This document shows, piece after piece, positions 49,001 to 62,938 of a stretch of 64,000 bases of DNA (positions are counted from its first letter, which is position 1; the number at the start of each line of letters is the position of its first letter). The notes beneath the pieces are model-generated. The model had not been told where the DNA came from, searched no databases, and saw nothing but the letters and a program-made list of their open reading frames with translations. Origin of the DNA: Haplodiscus bocki (lineage: Eukaryota); the NCBI GenBank assembly GCA_965655095.1, contig OZ296654.1:71920001-71984000 (forward strand). The letters run 5' to 3'. The position numbers and the translations under genes were made by a program.

Positions 49001-51128
49001 TAAACTTTCCAACTAAAATCGTGCTATCCTCTTTGGATTACTTTCTGCCAAAAAATTTTTTCCTTAAACACCAAAATCTACTTCTCGTCAAAGAGGAGTA
49101 AATTCTACCTTTTTTTCAGGAGTAGTTGGCATAGTGTAGAAGCCGTGACACACAATCGAAAGGATGTGTGTTCGATCCTTAATCTATCCAATGTCTTTGT
49201 TACTCGAAAAACTTAATTTGCTGCAGGATAGAAGCCATAAAAGCTCCTATCAATCAAGAGTGGCTTAAAAATTAGCAACTGCTCAATATCAACAGATACG
49301 GAACAGCTCATCTAATCAAGACCTGTTCCATACAATAGCATTAAAAAAACCAAAATTTTTCGTGATACCCGGTCCCGCATTTTGCGAAAAGTCAAAAATT
49401 TTCGAAACTACGAATACCAAGTATTTTGTCATGTTTTCTTGTTCAAGATCACAGAGAAGTGTCCCCTCTATTAAGTTTTGCGGAACTGCGAAACACTTTT
49501 TCGACACAAAAAAGGTGGTACTTCTCTATGGTTCATCCAAACTTTCAAGTCCTTGTCCTGTTTATTGCATTTAGATTACTTTTGATGTGCCAAGCCTATT
49601 AGGTTTCCGCGAAAATGCTGCCCTTCAGTTTTTCCAAAATGGTTTTCGAAGAAGACATTTGCAGGTTTTGCCGTCATTTTGGGATACGTTGGATAAACTT
49701 GGTCTGTAGTATTTGAAACGTGTCAATACTTAATGGACTAATTCTGCGTATAGACGCAAATACATTTAGTTTTTGCAAACTAGTTATACAAAGATGACAC
49801 CTGCCGGTGTAATCATTTTTTGAATGCGTTATCTTCATTGTTCGTTTTGCTTCGATTGGAATTATCTATAATTTACGTTTAATTTAGTTTCGGGAGTATT
49901 TTTTTTCACCAGAAACAAATAGCAACCAGATTCTGAAAAATTTCAAGTTTTGCACGTAAATTGTCTTTTCTGTTGGTAAATTAAGATTTCCCATTATTCT
50001 ACCCGAAAAACATCGTAAAATAAAGTCTTTAAAAATGTGACGGAGACCAAAACGGTCCTGTTGATTTCCATTTTTCGAGGAAATGGCAGCATGAGATTCA
50101 ACGTAAGGTCATTTTTATTTTCAAACTTTGGGCTATAAGCCTATGACTTGAATATGACAGGACAGCAGTTTGACACGTTTTTCTATTATTCTCCCTGAAA
50201 AATTTCGCGGAAAAATCCGCCGTTCAAATTTGTACAAGTCACTGCGGAACCACTGGATGCCTTTTGGGGATCGAAGTTAAAAATTTGGATGCCAAAAGTG
50301 CTTCGGTGGGCATAAAAAAATAGTTATCAGAAATCGATCTAAATCGAGATAATGCTAACTGAGTGTTTAAATTGTCGATCGATAGTCTATCGGTTTTATT
50401 TAAAAAAGTGCCATGGAAATCGACCTCAAATCCATTGAGATCGATGGAGAATCCATCGTCCATCGATTAAAAAAATCCAAGAGAGCTAAACAAGGGTACC
50501 GTCTACTTGTTCAAACGGACCTTTTCAAGCACGCGATCGAAAACTCTTTACGTTTTTAAATTGAGTTCATTATTTATTATGTCAGCCAAATTACTTCTTA
50601 TTATTTCTCACTCGACTTAATCCAGAACTCTGATTCAGAAAGCCGGCTACCAGATCATGGCAGGTATGGTAATAACACAGGACACTTCTGATGTATTATT
50701 ATTAAGTTGTAATACAAATGACGAGATGCACAATTCACCTTAAATTAATACTCGACCCGTCGTGTACAACAGTTCGAAGTTGAAGCTAAAATAGAGCTGG
50801 GACTACTGTACAAGGATGAAATTTTTTCGAACAGCGTAATGCATGGCCAATTTTTGATTAAAAGTCTGAAGGCCATTTAGGAGCCATCGACCTAATTTTG
50901 TGAAGTATCCCAATATTTTTGGGTTGACTAGCGACCCACCAAGGTTCATCCGTACCGGAGACAGTTTTAGCGCAACGGCGCACTTCCTATCTTCCAATTT
51001 TGGAAAGACCAAAAGTGGTGCTAACTGATGAAATCTTTGCAGGTGTTTTATTACATCTACGCATATCTATAAGTGAACCACATCGTTGCACGCAAAACCC
51101 TTATGTCATTTCATTGGCCAGAAGTTTC

Positions 51129-51603
51129 ATTATTATTTCCCACCCTATTTATAAAATGGGAAAAAAATCTTCTGCTCAACGCGAACGTTTCTTTAATCAA
51201 ATTTTGACAATTGCGTTCACGTTTTTCACCAAAATATAGCACATTTGCCGTCAAATGCGACTGAATTACAAAAATTTCTCAAAACCTTCAAAATTTGGAT
51301 TTTTTTTCTGAAAAAAAAACATGGGTTTTTACGAATAAAAACTAGAATTTTTTCAAAACAGCTATATGTGGCAATTTTTTTGTAGAATGCGAATCAAATG
51401 GTATTATTTCTTGAAAATATTTTTTCGCCTTAATTATGAGGTTTTTTTGGCAAAAAAATCACGAAAAATTTAAAGTTGAAAAAAATTGAAAATATGCTAA
51501 GAAGGAGTGCTCTTTCGAAAAAAAACGTTTTCATCTTTTCACAAGCATTCTTTACAAAAATGGTAAGGCGGCAAATAAGCCAGTGGTAGTCGGCCATCTT
51601 GTT
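51129..51603 (+). mobile_element. Helitron2/Helentron-like repeat copy
   Basis: Same body, with 3' GGCGGCAAATAAGCCAGTGGTAGTCGGCCATCTTGTT. Confidence 0.7.
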
Positions 51604-54600
51604 ACAAAATTCAAGTGAAAATATCTACATTTATTTTGAACTGTTTTCAAACAATTAGATGATTTTCTTTACATTCGATCTAATATGTACATCATTCACC
51701 TTGTAAATCCTATTCTTAATATCTTTTGAGCGTAACTGTATTGACCAGTGCTTCCAAGGATAACCATTTGTATACACACACTTTTATGTTCATTTCGTTC
51801 ACCTTTTGCTTTTTCTATCTTCCATGAACGATTTCGTCCACTTTTCAGTGTTTCCCCCCACTGGAGAGCTTTCAAGCAAAAAAATTTAATCTGATATTCA
51901 TATTTTCCTTAGAGAATGTGTTTCTAAATCATTCGACAAAAAGTAGTTCATTAACGTTCGATATATGATGCTTATTATCGGATGCCTTAGAATATTTTTG
52001 CCAATTCAATGTTTATGGTATCCCCATGCGCAAAAATGTTGCGAAAGATTCATTTTTGATTTTACGAATAGTTATTTACGAGTTATGCGCTGCTTAATGT
52101 TATTATTTGTTATCTAAACAGGGTATGTTCTGGTCAAGTAAGAGGTAATAATCAACTCATCAAACTTGAGTTATCTCACAATCGTTATTTTATCCAGCAA
52201 GTCTTCTGCATAGAGTATGTTGGCAAAGTTTCATTCAAAGATTGCTCAAAGCTCCGAGAAAGTATTAAAGTTGTGAGAAATTCGATACTGGGAATAGCCA
52301 AAGTGATAGCTATTTCAATAGAGGAAACATAGTCTTTTTTCTACTGGACTGACCCAAGCCGGAGTAAAGTATAGTAAAAAAGCGTTCATGTATACTTGTC
52401 ACGGAATTGGAAGGGCAAAGCATTGGAAAGGCGTCAATTTTCGAAAGTTCTCGACGTTGAAGTTTCCTGACCACTCGTGTTCTCAATACTGATCATTAAG
52501 CTTCGACAAAAAATTATGCTCTAGATAGTTTTTATTTCACCTCCAGATCAATATATAGTTTTTGTTACCATATATCAGACATTATTGGATACTTAAATTG
52601 ATTTTCGCAACCATTTTAGACGGTCTGAGTTGAAACTGAGGATGCAAGGTTTCTTCTGCATTAAAGGAATACCCGATAAAAGACCACTTGAATTTGAGCA
52701 ACTAGCCTGACTTGCTGACAAAATTTCGTTGCCTACGCTTGGCACACCGCTTCCGCAGAAATGATACAATCCACTGGTAGCAATTTTGCCAGCTGGAAGC
52801 CCATATGATATCAAACCCGTATCTGATCCGATCATAAATTGCATCAAAGCGTAGTTTTTTTGACTTTTCGAAGGAAGGGCCATGTCAAGGTAAGTCGAGC
52901 ATGGTGATATCGTTGTTTCTATGGAACTACGGTTTGTACTTTGCAACGAAATGTAATTAGTTCAGTGTTTATAAAGCCAAAGGGGGACTAAGCCTGATGC
53001 TTAGTAACAAGATTCCGTGACTTTGCATTGGCATCAATTAAGGTTTGCCAAAGAAGTTGAGAAATGCAATGAAATTGCAAACATCTTCCGTCAATGTTCA
53101 AGGTAACATTCTCCATAGTTTGAAAGTTTCAAGAAAAATTAGTCGGCGCTTTAAATAAGAAATGCCGGACTATTACACTGGCTAGTATATTGATTTACTT
53201 TTCACCGAGCTTTCAACAAAAATGAAGACTTCCGTGTAATCCAAAACGAATGGTCATGAAAAAGGGCGATACACTGGTACTAACCATAACGACCAGTGCA
53301 GAAAAACAATCGTTGAAACAACCAAAGGCTCCCACATGTAGGTTTTTGGTCAGTGCCAGACAAATTTTTATCAACTATAAATTGGTTAAAAATTAAAATT
53401 TTCTTATGCTGATTTTTTTCCGAATTTTTCGAAAAATCAAAGGCTGTCCTCTTCAAATGTATTGAACCTTCCGGGGAGTCCCCGACTTGGGCTGTTCTCT
53501 GGTTCTTTGCTAATATCTCCGCCCCATTTTCAAGTCTACGTAGCGAAGACTTATGAACACGGCCATTCACTGTCTGCATTTCGCCAGGATAATCGTTTGG
53601 CACGTCAATTTTATTTATCACATCAAGCAACGAAGAGCTGTAAGGAACAAAACAAGAAGGGCCGCTCATAAGGGGCTCAAACACGTATCGATGGGAGCCC
53701 CGGATATTTTCATAACTTTTCAAGAAAATTAAGTATATCACAGAGAAGTACTGTAATTTTTCGAATTTCCGTCACCATTTCCGCAACCTTTTTCGGGGGC
53801 GGTTAGTCGAGGGTGTTTGCTCACCCAGAGTGGGTTCGAGTTGGATAATCTTTGAACAATGAACCGTCAAAAGCTCAATCATGTTGTAGAGGTTGGAGAA
53901 TAATCGAGTTTGGCGGTTATTTACTCCAGCCAAAATGAATGCCGACAAAAGAGCGGATATTCGAGTGAATATAAAAACTGGGCATTTTTTCATACTTGCT
54001 TTTAGACTAAAAATTTAAAGAACAAAGGAAATTGTCACGTAACATTTCCGTATTTAACTTCCCGAAATTTCCGGTATGAGCAAAAGGTGGTATCCCAAAA
54101 CGTTTAGGGGTTCTTTCGAAAAGAAGGTATCGCGACATCGTCCGAGTTTTCCCTTCAAAAAAATATCTAGCACATGCCTGGGGGTTTAAAGAAATTTTCG
54201 ATTTCGAAAGTTTTGGAAGGTATGGTACTACAAGTCGTAGCATCCGAACCACTAATTTGATCAACTCGTGAAAATTGGATTGATTAGAAGTGAGGTCTGA
54301 CGAAAAAGAGACTTTCATTGTCGAATTCATTACTTTTCGCAAAACACCCACTAAAAATTTAGTAATGAAAGTTCAATATTTCGAAAAAAAAACATTTGTT
54401 GATGATACAAGGACCTCCTGACCTTGTCTTCTATTCTCTCAAAGCAATGCAGTTATAAAAATTCATGATTTTCGCCTCTTTTAAATACAACTACCGTTAT
54501 TAGCATAAGTTCTCGAAATAGAGTAGATTGAAAGCAAGCATTTAAGATACACCTATTTGCCTTATAAACTTCAAATTAGTTCCAAAGCAGAGATCGGTCA

Positions 54601-57034
54601 ACGAAATGATATCAATGAAATTTTAGCAATTCACTCCAATTATCAACGACTCCTACGATGCCATTGATCAAAATGTGTGGAGTTGGAGCGCGAAAAAAAT
54701 AACCAGAAACATGAACTGTTGGGAAATTTCTTATCCGGACTGGACTATATAATGAAGCACTGATGCTTGAAATCCTAACAACTTCTGTTTCATATGCTTG
54801 CATACATCATTGCTCTTTGTAAAACGGCAATTCTTTTACTCTGCGAAAAGCAATACGAGCAATATGCGAAAACTCAGGTCTCAAAGATGTTCCCTAATTT
54901 TTGTCAACTCGTTGAGGGAAAAAGTAAAATCATTATTGTTATGGTGTTCCCTTTGCTTCATCATTAAAAAAATGGTGACTCATAACCTTGTAATGCTTGT
55001 GTTTTATTAATATTTGTGTTAAGCATTATTTGTCTATATTCTTTTTTTTCTACCACTAAATCGAGCTCAAAACTTTTAGTTCCTCCAAAACCAAAATCCA
55101 ACTCTTTGCCTTCTTTGAATCCCATTTTGTTCTCATATTTTAAGCAGACGCCAAATTCAACACTGCTTCATACCTCACGGTGATTAAGCAATCATGACAT
55201 CCACCTTCGCTGAGGAGACTGGACAAAATTCGGCTTGAAAGAGCGTCAAATTGGCTTGTATGTTTCGAGTTATGTCTGAATATTTAATGGGTTTGCATTA
55301 AACATGAAGTTTCTGTTTACCATTTCTCCATTGCACAATCTACTTTTTGCCTATTTTTCTTTGAGCACGGCAACCGCCAACACACGAAAAACAAATCAGC
55401 GCTGTAGTAGTCTTACTTTTCGTTTTACCGTCCTGTCTACATCACTGATTTCATCGCTTTTATTTTTTCTCCCTATATTATATATTGCATTGCTTATCAC
55501 ACTCATCGTTTGACCGTTCATCGATTGGACTGCTTGTCTTATCCAGACGGTTTTTGCAGACCAAAAAGATTGTTTCTTAAAACTTTTGTTCTTTGCCTGT
55601 ACAAATTGTGAGAACTTCAATACAAAGCTTAATAAACTTTTGTTGAGCAAAAACCACTCATTCAAACTTGCACAAGCATTGGGCCTTCATATTAAAAAAA
55701 ATTGATGTTCAGGTTGAAACAGGTCGCTATCAACTTAAGTCTAGGCAATCCTTTCTATGCCAAGTCAGGTTCTCACAGATCATCAACCAATCAAAAAGGC
55801 ACTAACCAAATGACATACACAGCAGATTGCATAAACTGAATTCTGTCTCAAAAAAACAGGCTCCTGGAGCAGCTCGAAAATCAAAGCAAAAGATACCAAT
55901 TCTTCATTTCACTCATTTCAAATAGTTCCAACAATGAACAGAAGATCGATTTTATTATTATATTTAGATAATTATTATATTAAGATAATTAGGTCATTAT
56001 ATTTCCCGAAATATAACGCTTTCGAACCCAAGGGAAAAATTGAGCAGTCCGACAATGAAAAAAAAACGATGATTTACCCACGACACCCTTTATTGCACTT
56101 TTAGAAATTTGACCTACAGTCTCCTGGTTTCAAAGCCTTTTCAAATTTTGTAAATTGGATGAAATTACTTTGTTGTGTCGGTTTAGTATGAATTAGTAGC
56201 TAACAAAGATGCTTAATGGGCAAAAGGGTGGAAATCTCCGAAAAATGGCTAAGCTCTCTATAAATTAGGCTGCTCCAACCCCTGAAGCCTTTTGAAAAGG
56301 TTGGCTGATTTGGAACATGAAAGTGACGTTTTCAAGATTTCCGTATTTGCACAAAAATTACTACCAAATGTAATTTCATAACTTTGTACTGAGTAATAGT
56401 AGAAAAAACTCATTGGAACAGAACAAATCTGTCGAGCATCCGAATTGACACCCCGTGTCTATCAACATGTGAATGCGGCCATTTAAGGCTCACATCAAGA
56501 AAGTTGTCTAGACTTACTAGCCAATAGAAAACCGCTACAAAATTTTTCAGCTCTCAAAAAAATTTATCTTCGTCAGCAGACTGTCACCACGATCTGAAAA
56601 AACTTCAAATCACAGGCTAAATCATCAGAATTAGTGACTCATGGTTCAAATATTACAGTGACAATTGTTGTTTATTTTCACCAGCAGCTTCGAAAATTAA
56701 AATTTTTAAACATGCATTGTTTTTGGAGCCACCCAGTTTGTCAAAGTTTGAAATTTCGAACAAAATTTCATCTTTAGAAATATCAAAAGACATTATTTTA
56801 ATTAGGCATAATTCATTTTTTTGATCTCAAGCGTCTTGGTACATAAACGAGCGTAAACTTTGAGATTATTTAAAAGGCCGAAACTACAGTTTGTTGAAAT
56901 TGCAGATTACCTTGTGAACGGTTGACAGGGTAGAGGTTGAAATTGCTTTGGACGAAATGACATGTAACCATTTAATGCCACTTCTGAGAGTTCTACGCCA
57001 TTTGATGAAACTAAATTCGAATTTTTGGTTCTAT

Positions 57035-57492
57035 ATTATCATTTTCCTCCATGTTTACACTATGGAAGGCAAATCATCCACTCAACGCGAACTTTTTTTT
57101 AACATTCACTTGCCTATTGAAAATGTCCAACTGTCCTAAATATGAAAAATTTTTGATCACCAAATTGAAGCCAATTTGCTGAAGAATGCGACCGACCGAA
57201 ATAGAAAGATTTCTCAAACACGTACGCAATTTGTTTTTTTTTCGAAAAAGATCCCTGATTTTTTCAAAATCAGTAAAGTTGGCAAATTTGCTGTGGAATG
57301 CGTATCAAATGATATCATTTTTTCACTGCCTTTTTTCCACCTAAATTGAGGTTTTGCAAAATTTTCAAATTGCGAAAAGTGAGAAAATTAGATTAGGTTT
57401 TTTTCCACAAATAATGCTTTCATCCTTCTAAAAGGCATCTTTAGCAAAGTTAGAGGACGGAAAATATGCCAGTGGTGGCCGGGCGTCTTGTT
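57035..57492 (+). mobile_element. Helitron2/Helentron-like repeat copy
   Basis: Same body, with 3' GACGGAAAATATGCCAGTGGTGGCCGGGCGTCTTGTT. Confidence 0.7.
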
Positions 57493-58399
57493 TGCGAACA
57501 CTTCACATGAACAAGCTTAAGATCGCTTGATTCTGTCACAAGATGGAAGCATAAAAGAAGCGAATTCTTTCATAACTCCACTCATGTGTGTCACAAAAAG
57601 CATCTGTGGCCTGTTTTTCCTCTCGTTGAAAAGTCTCTTCACGTTACAAGGACGCCAATTTGTCTCAAAAAATGTGGGCCGGAAATTTGTGATTCACAGA
57701 AGCGTCATACAGCCGATAAAGGTGACAGCGCAAATTTTGCTAAAAGAATTATTTGTTACTGGTTATTTTCCAGCAGCTACTAGTTGAAGGTATGGAATGA
57801 AATTTTTGTGATTTTTCGATAGTTCCTTTTCAGGAACTAAAGGCGCAACTTCAGAGATTCAATAGTTCCATTTTCAAATACTTTAAAGTAATAAAATCAT
57901 CAAAATTACCGAGCATTAGCATGCTTCCTCTTTGAAATAGGGTTGTCAATAACTTCGTTATGACCAAAAAAAGGACCTGCCATATTCGAAGTTTTGCCAA
58001 AACTTTGAAACTTGCCCAATCATTTTCAAAAACCAAATTCGATATTTGGACTCATGAAACATTTCAAAAAGGAAGGGGATCATCCACTCACCCCGTGCGT
58101 TTTCTCGCATAAAAACTTGCACGATTTTGCCAATGGAAATTTATCGCTACCAAATTTGCTGTAGAAAGGGGAGAAAATTATAACAATTCGGTCAGCTATA
58201 ATCCGCATATTTTTTGCAAGATGGCAATACTTTATGATCAGGTTCTGCGAATGTTTTTTTAAATAAACGAACAGTACTTTTGAAATAGTTTTCCAAGATT
58301 TCACTCAAAAATCATATCTGCCATTGTTTTATCCATTATCGATTTATCAAGGCTCCCGAGCAAAATACAGAGCCGGCGATAACCTAAAATTATCAACCT

Positions 58400-60620
58400 G
58401 TCGAGGTTTTCACAGTGGAAATCCAGCAGGTAGTTTTGAGTAAAAATGAGTTTGAGTATCGAGACAAGCCACTACGTATCAAATTTTTCCCATTTTCGGC
58501 CTTTCAGACTACCTATTAAAAAAACATACCCCGCAAAAAGTTTATCGAGTAACTTTCTTGAAGAAAACCGCTGATGGAGAACTTGAGGAGAGAAATCCAG
58601 TTGACAGTTTTGAATAAAATTTAATCTGATTATGGAAAAAGACCATATGAATGTGATAGTTTTGGCATTTTAGTTCGTTCAAGCTTTCGGTGCAAAAAAC
58701 GTAGCACATGATATTATTTTAAAATGACCTTTTCCTTGAGACTATAAAACTGTCGATTGAGAACCTAATGGAGAAAAGCCAGAGGTATTTTTGGAAAACG
58801 CACTTGAAAATCCAAAAAAAAAATCAGATGTAAAATTGCAGCTTTTCTAGAATTCGGGCATCAACTATCTGTTGCAAGGAATGCAGCATAACAATCCGTA
58901 TTTGGCAAACTGTTTGCAAGTACAAAATATTCGATTGCTTCCTTCAAGGACAAAATGAAGCTGGTAGGTTTGGAGAGAAGTAATTTACAAATATGGAAGA
59001 ATCATTTCTGCTTGCTTTTTGTGGCAATATGGATCCTCCAATTTTCCGATGCAAGGAGTCTAAAACGAGATATTTTCAGTGAATGGTCTCCGAAAAAAAA
59101 CTTGAGAACTATATCATTGATGGAAAAAGTCCAGTCTGTAGTTCTCGAGGAAAAACATTGGGAACAATAAAACGTAAATGCATTTTTCGGCAAATTCACA
59201 ATGTGTGCGAGACGAAAAGAGTACGTTGATCAAGAATATTGATACGCATGTGCAGTTCTTAGCATGTTGGGCCTATCAAAATTCACGAGCGAGGAACGCA
59301 ACTGATGATACTAATTGCAAGTGGTCTTCCAAATTAGGAAAATGCCATTTGTGACGTTGTTGAAAGAAATCCAGCCGGTAGTTTCCGGGAAAATCAGATT
59401 TGAAATTCATCAAAACTCATTCTGTTTGCACTTTCTGCCACTGTCCATCAGAACAATGCAAAGAATTCAACAGACGATTTTCAATAGCTCAGCTGGGAGT
59501 AGGCAAATTTCCATTCAGATTCTAATAGCAGAAATACAGCAAGCAGTTTTGAACAAAATTGACTTTGTTTTCCACGAATAATGATACGCATGTCTAGTTT
59601 TTACAAACTTTCCCCATATCAGGTATCCGAAGCGAGGAAGGTAACCGATGGTACTTTCATCAACTGATCTATTTCTATTATTTCTAGCCATGAAGTAGAA
59701 AAATAACGGAAGATACATCGACGGATGAAATTCAGCCGACAGTTTTGGAAAAAACCAGGCTTGATTCCGAGTAAAAATCAGTTGTTTGCACTCTCCTTAC
59801 CGACAATTTCGGTCATCAGGTTTCCAATAGCATGAACTCAAACCAAGATTTCTGACATTGATAAACTTCTACAAGAACAAAACAGCTGATTGACTCCTTG
59901 ATGAAGAAATAGAGCACGTAGTTTTATGACTCCTTGATGAAGAAATAGAGCACGTAGTTTTAAGAAAAAAGTTTTTATCTGATGCGACGTTTATAACTGT
60001 GGAGTCTATAGTGCAGTGACCTTCTATAGGTTGAAAAAAGCCCCTTGAGACGTTGAGGGACGAAATGCAGGCGGTAGTTTCGAAAAACAAAGTTTGAATT
60101 TCAGGACAAATGAAAACTGTGTAAACTTTGTGTCAATTTCGGTTCGTCAGGATTACAATGCAAGGAATTTAACAAGCCATCTTTTAATTCCTTCACCTCT
60201 TAGGAGAAATCAACTGTCAATTGAGGTTTTGATGGACTAAATCCAGCCCGCATTTCCAACAAAAATGACTTTGTTCTTTGAAAAGAACGACACCTATGCC
60301 TATGTGCGATTTTGACAATTTCGGCCTATCCTGTATCTGAATTGAGAAACTTAGTCGAAGATACATCAGCGGAGTAACCTTCTTAGAACAGACACAAAAT
60401 CGGTTCAAAAGTCTTAAGAAAAAATCCAGCCAGTAGTTTCCTAGAAAAGTGCACAATGATAGATAGCAGAGAATGATAGAAACCAGATGTTATTGGCCTT
60501 TTCGGATTAGAGCGATTACACAACGGTTTATGCCCGGTGAAAAATCTCATTCGCTTCCCAGGTGTGTGAGGAACAAAAAACAACAAAGATAAATGGAGCA
60601 GCTTTCCGGAGAAAAAAGAT
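58400..60620 (+). repeat. Ancient degenerate satellite, ~175-180 bp period, ~13 units
   Basis: The anchor GAAATCCAGC.GGTAGTTTTG recurs near 58418, 58592, 58773, 58953, 59126, 59366, 59531, 59727, 59906, 60062, 60239, 60421 and 60590. Confidence 0.65.
59891..59962 (+). repeat. Perfect 36-bp tandem duplication
   Basis: TGACTCCTTGATGAAGAAATAGAGCACGTAGTTTTA occurs twice in tandem. Confidence 0.95.
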
Positions 60621-60977
60621 TTCATTGAAAATTATTTTTCCATTTTGAATTGATAATCTTCAGAGAAATCGAAATCTATAAATGGTCATTTTTTTCCAAA
60701 TTTTTCTCGAAAAGCCAGAGACAACTTGAGTTGTTTCTTTTAGGTACAAAAAGGGAGAATTTTCTGAAAACAGAAACTATTTGGTCGGAAAACTCTAACG
60801 AAAGTCGAACAAACCCTGTAATTCGGGAGAAAAAGTAGCCAACCATGTATAAACGTTTGAAAACATCAGAGTCGGCTTTTCAAAAAAAAAGATCCGATTT
60901 CCGCTATTTGTGGTCTACCTCATCGCGCAGTAGAGAAAAGAGGCTTCTGAAAATCGTAATCATAGTGTAAAACTTAT

Positions 60978-61047
60978 GGGTGAAGATTGGGAATCGAACC
61001 CGTAACTAGCGCTTCAGAACCCTGGTGCTCTACCCACTGCGATGTGG
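60978..61047 (-). mobile_element. tRNA-derived SINE head or tRNA pseudogene (same family as 45949)
   Basis: Minus strand reads GCAGTGGGTAGAGCACCAGGGTTCTGAAGCGCTAGTTACGGGTTCGATTCCC, with box A and box B. Confidence 0.6.
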
Positions 61048-61555
61048 AAATTGAAATTTCGACAAAAATAAAAAAAAACAAAAACGAATGGCATAGCAGG
61101 GTTTCAAAACTGGACCTGGTGTTCGATAAAATTCTTGCCCTGCCAAGAGTTATATATATTTGCAAAATTGACAGTAGAAGAGAAACGACCGAAGTCAAGG
61201 AATGATTTTTCTTGCATATTTAAAATATGGAGCAAAAAAACAATTTCGAAAAACCTTTTTTTGACCAAACTGGGAGTTCTTGGAAAAACTTTATCATTAA
61301 AAGAAGGTGGCAGAATGCAGTAGAATGTATATTAAAAAGTACTTATCACACAGAGGGGAAGCTGTGCTTCGCAGCAATTGCACCAACGGATTACAAGTGA
61401 ACAAATCGACTGAATATAACTGAGTTTTGAGGGGGCTACGATACTACTGACAACAAGTGTAGAGAAACTCAGTTAATTCTAGTACATTTATATACAAGTA
61501 AGAAACGCAATAATATTTCATTCGCTCGATATTTTGAATAAAAACACTGATTCTC

Positions 61556-61680
61556 AAACTAGAATGGCACAGTCAGTAGATAACTCGAGTGCGGCGCGAA
61601 CGGTTCCAGGTTCGACCCTGGGCCACACCCTGCTCTTTGGTCAAAATCTAGGAACTTGTGTCAGTTGTGAACGGATCGAA
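61556..61680 (+). mobile_element. tRNA-derived SINE (second family)
   Basis: Box A TGGCACAGTCAG and box B GGTTCGACCC, followed by a body shared with 15118-15220. Confidence 0.6.
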
Positions 61681-62784
61681 AAAAATGAAGACTGTCATAA
61701 CACTTACTTGCGCAACTGTAATAGAAACGGGGTCTCTTCTAAAACGCATTTTTAAAAACTGAAAGGCCGAAAATGTCCCGATGATAGCTGGGCGACTAGT
61801 TGGAAATTCGAACGGCTCTAGAGGAAGAAAGTTTCACTCTGACTCAACATAACTTTCCTTTAAATTCCTGTTCCAGGAACGAATTTCGAACTTCCATCGA
61901 TTTTCGGTTCGATTTCGATTATCGCGTATATACATTTAGTTCCACTTCAGACATTCCATTTTCAGACAGGCAATGTTTTTGCCTTGATTCAGCGCAAATT
62001 GCCTTTCTAGAGCATCAATCTGCGAACTTCCTAAGACGCCATCCTGATGTGGTACCATTAAATCTGTAAAACGATATTTTGTGAAATAAATGTGATATGT
62101 CTGCATCAGTAGATATCCACACCCTGGTACGCACTGCTTTCAGTTCATAGAAATTTCACGAAAATATAATCACCAAAATGGAATTAAATGTGAAGAAAGT
62201 CATCAATCGAACAGCCCTAGTTTGAATGCTTCGCAAAACGATCATTAGGTAGATTATGTCAGATATTATCAACAAACATTGCAGATTTCGGTTTGTCTAG
62301 AGATAAACTAGTCTTTTCATGCTTGTTCGTATTTTGCAGTTTATCAAATCCAAACTTTGTCAAACTCATCTTCGAATATAGAGTACAATCAGTCAATTGA
62401 TTACACTCATGACCTTGTATGAAAAGTTCAATTACGGCATCGCAAACTAACTTAGGACTTCAATTGATATTCGTGTGAATGAAGCAGTCATCTTGTTGAA
62501 GTTAACCCCAAAGTCGATAAACTTGCTGCCAGTATAGCTAATGTACGAACAGAGTAAAATCCATCCAAACTTGATATTGCATCGCTAACTGTTACTCACA
62601 AGTTTGCCCGATTCCAAATATTTTGCAGGTCGATTTTCCCTTCATTTTAGACAGTTACAGATAATTTTCGATCCTTTTCCGTGGACGGCGACAAGAGCTA
62701 TTCACGCCAATGAACAGCTGATGCCTTCACCACAAATGTCACTGCCAAGTGCTAGGGATCTTGATTTTCTTTGCAAATTTCTTC

Positions 62785-62938
62785 AATTTTCTTGATTTCT
62801 TGCCATGATCTTGGTTACTATTTTTGACAAGGTACGCAAGATATTTGAAGATCGTGGAAAGAAATGCTAGAAAATTTATATAGTTCTTGGCAAGAAAGAA
62901 AGATTATCCAAGATCTTGGCAAGGAAATCAGGAAATTT
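62785..62938. repeat. Imperfect inverted repeat (MITE-like), ~30-bp arms
   Basis: AATTTTCTTGATTTCTTGCCATGATCTTGG (62785-62814) pairs with CCAAGATCTTGGCAAGGAAATCAGGAAATTT (62908-62938). Confidence 0.65.

Noticed and set aside
58400-60620. CRISPR-like repeat-spacer array
   Set aside because: The repeats are highly degenerate, the spacers are ~160 bp and appear related to each other, the context is eukaryotic and there are no cas genes.
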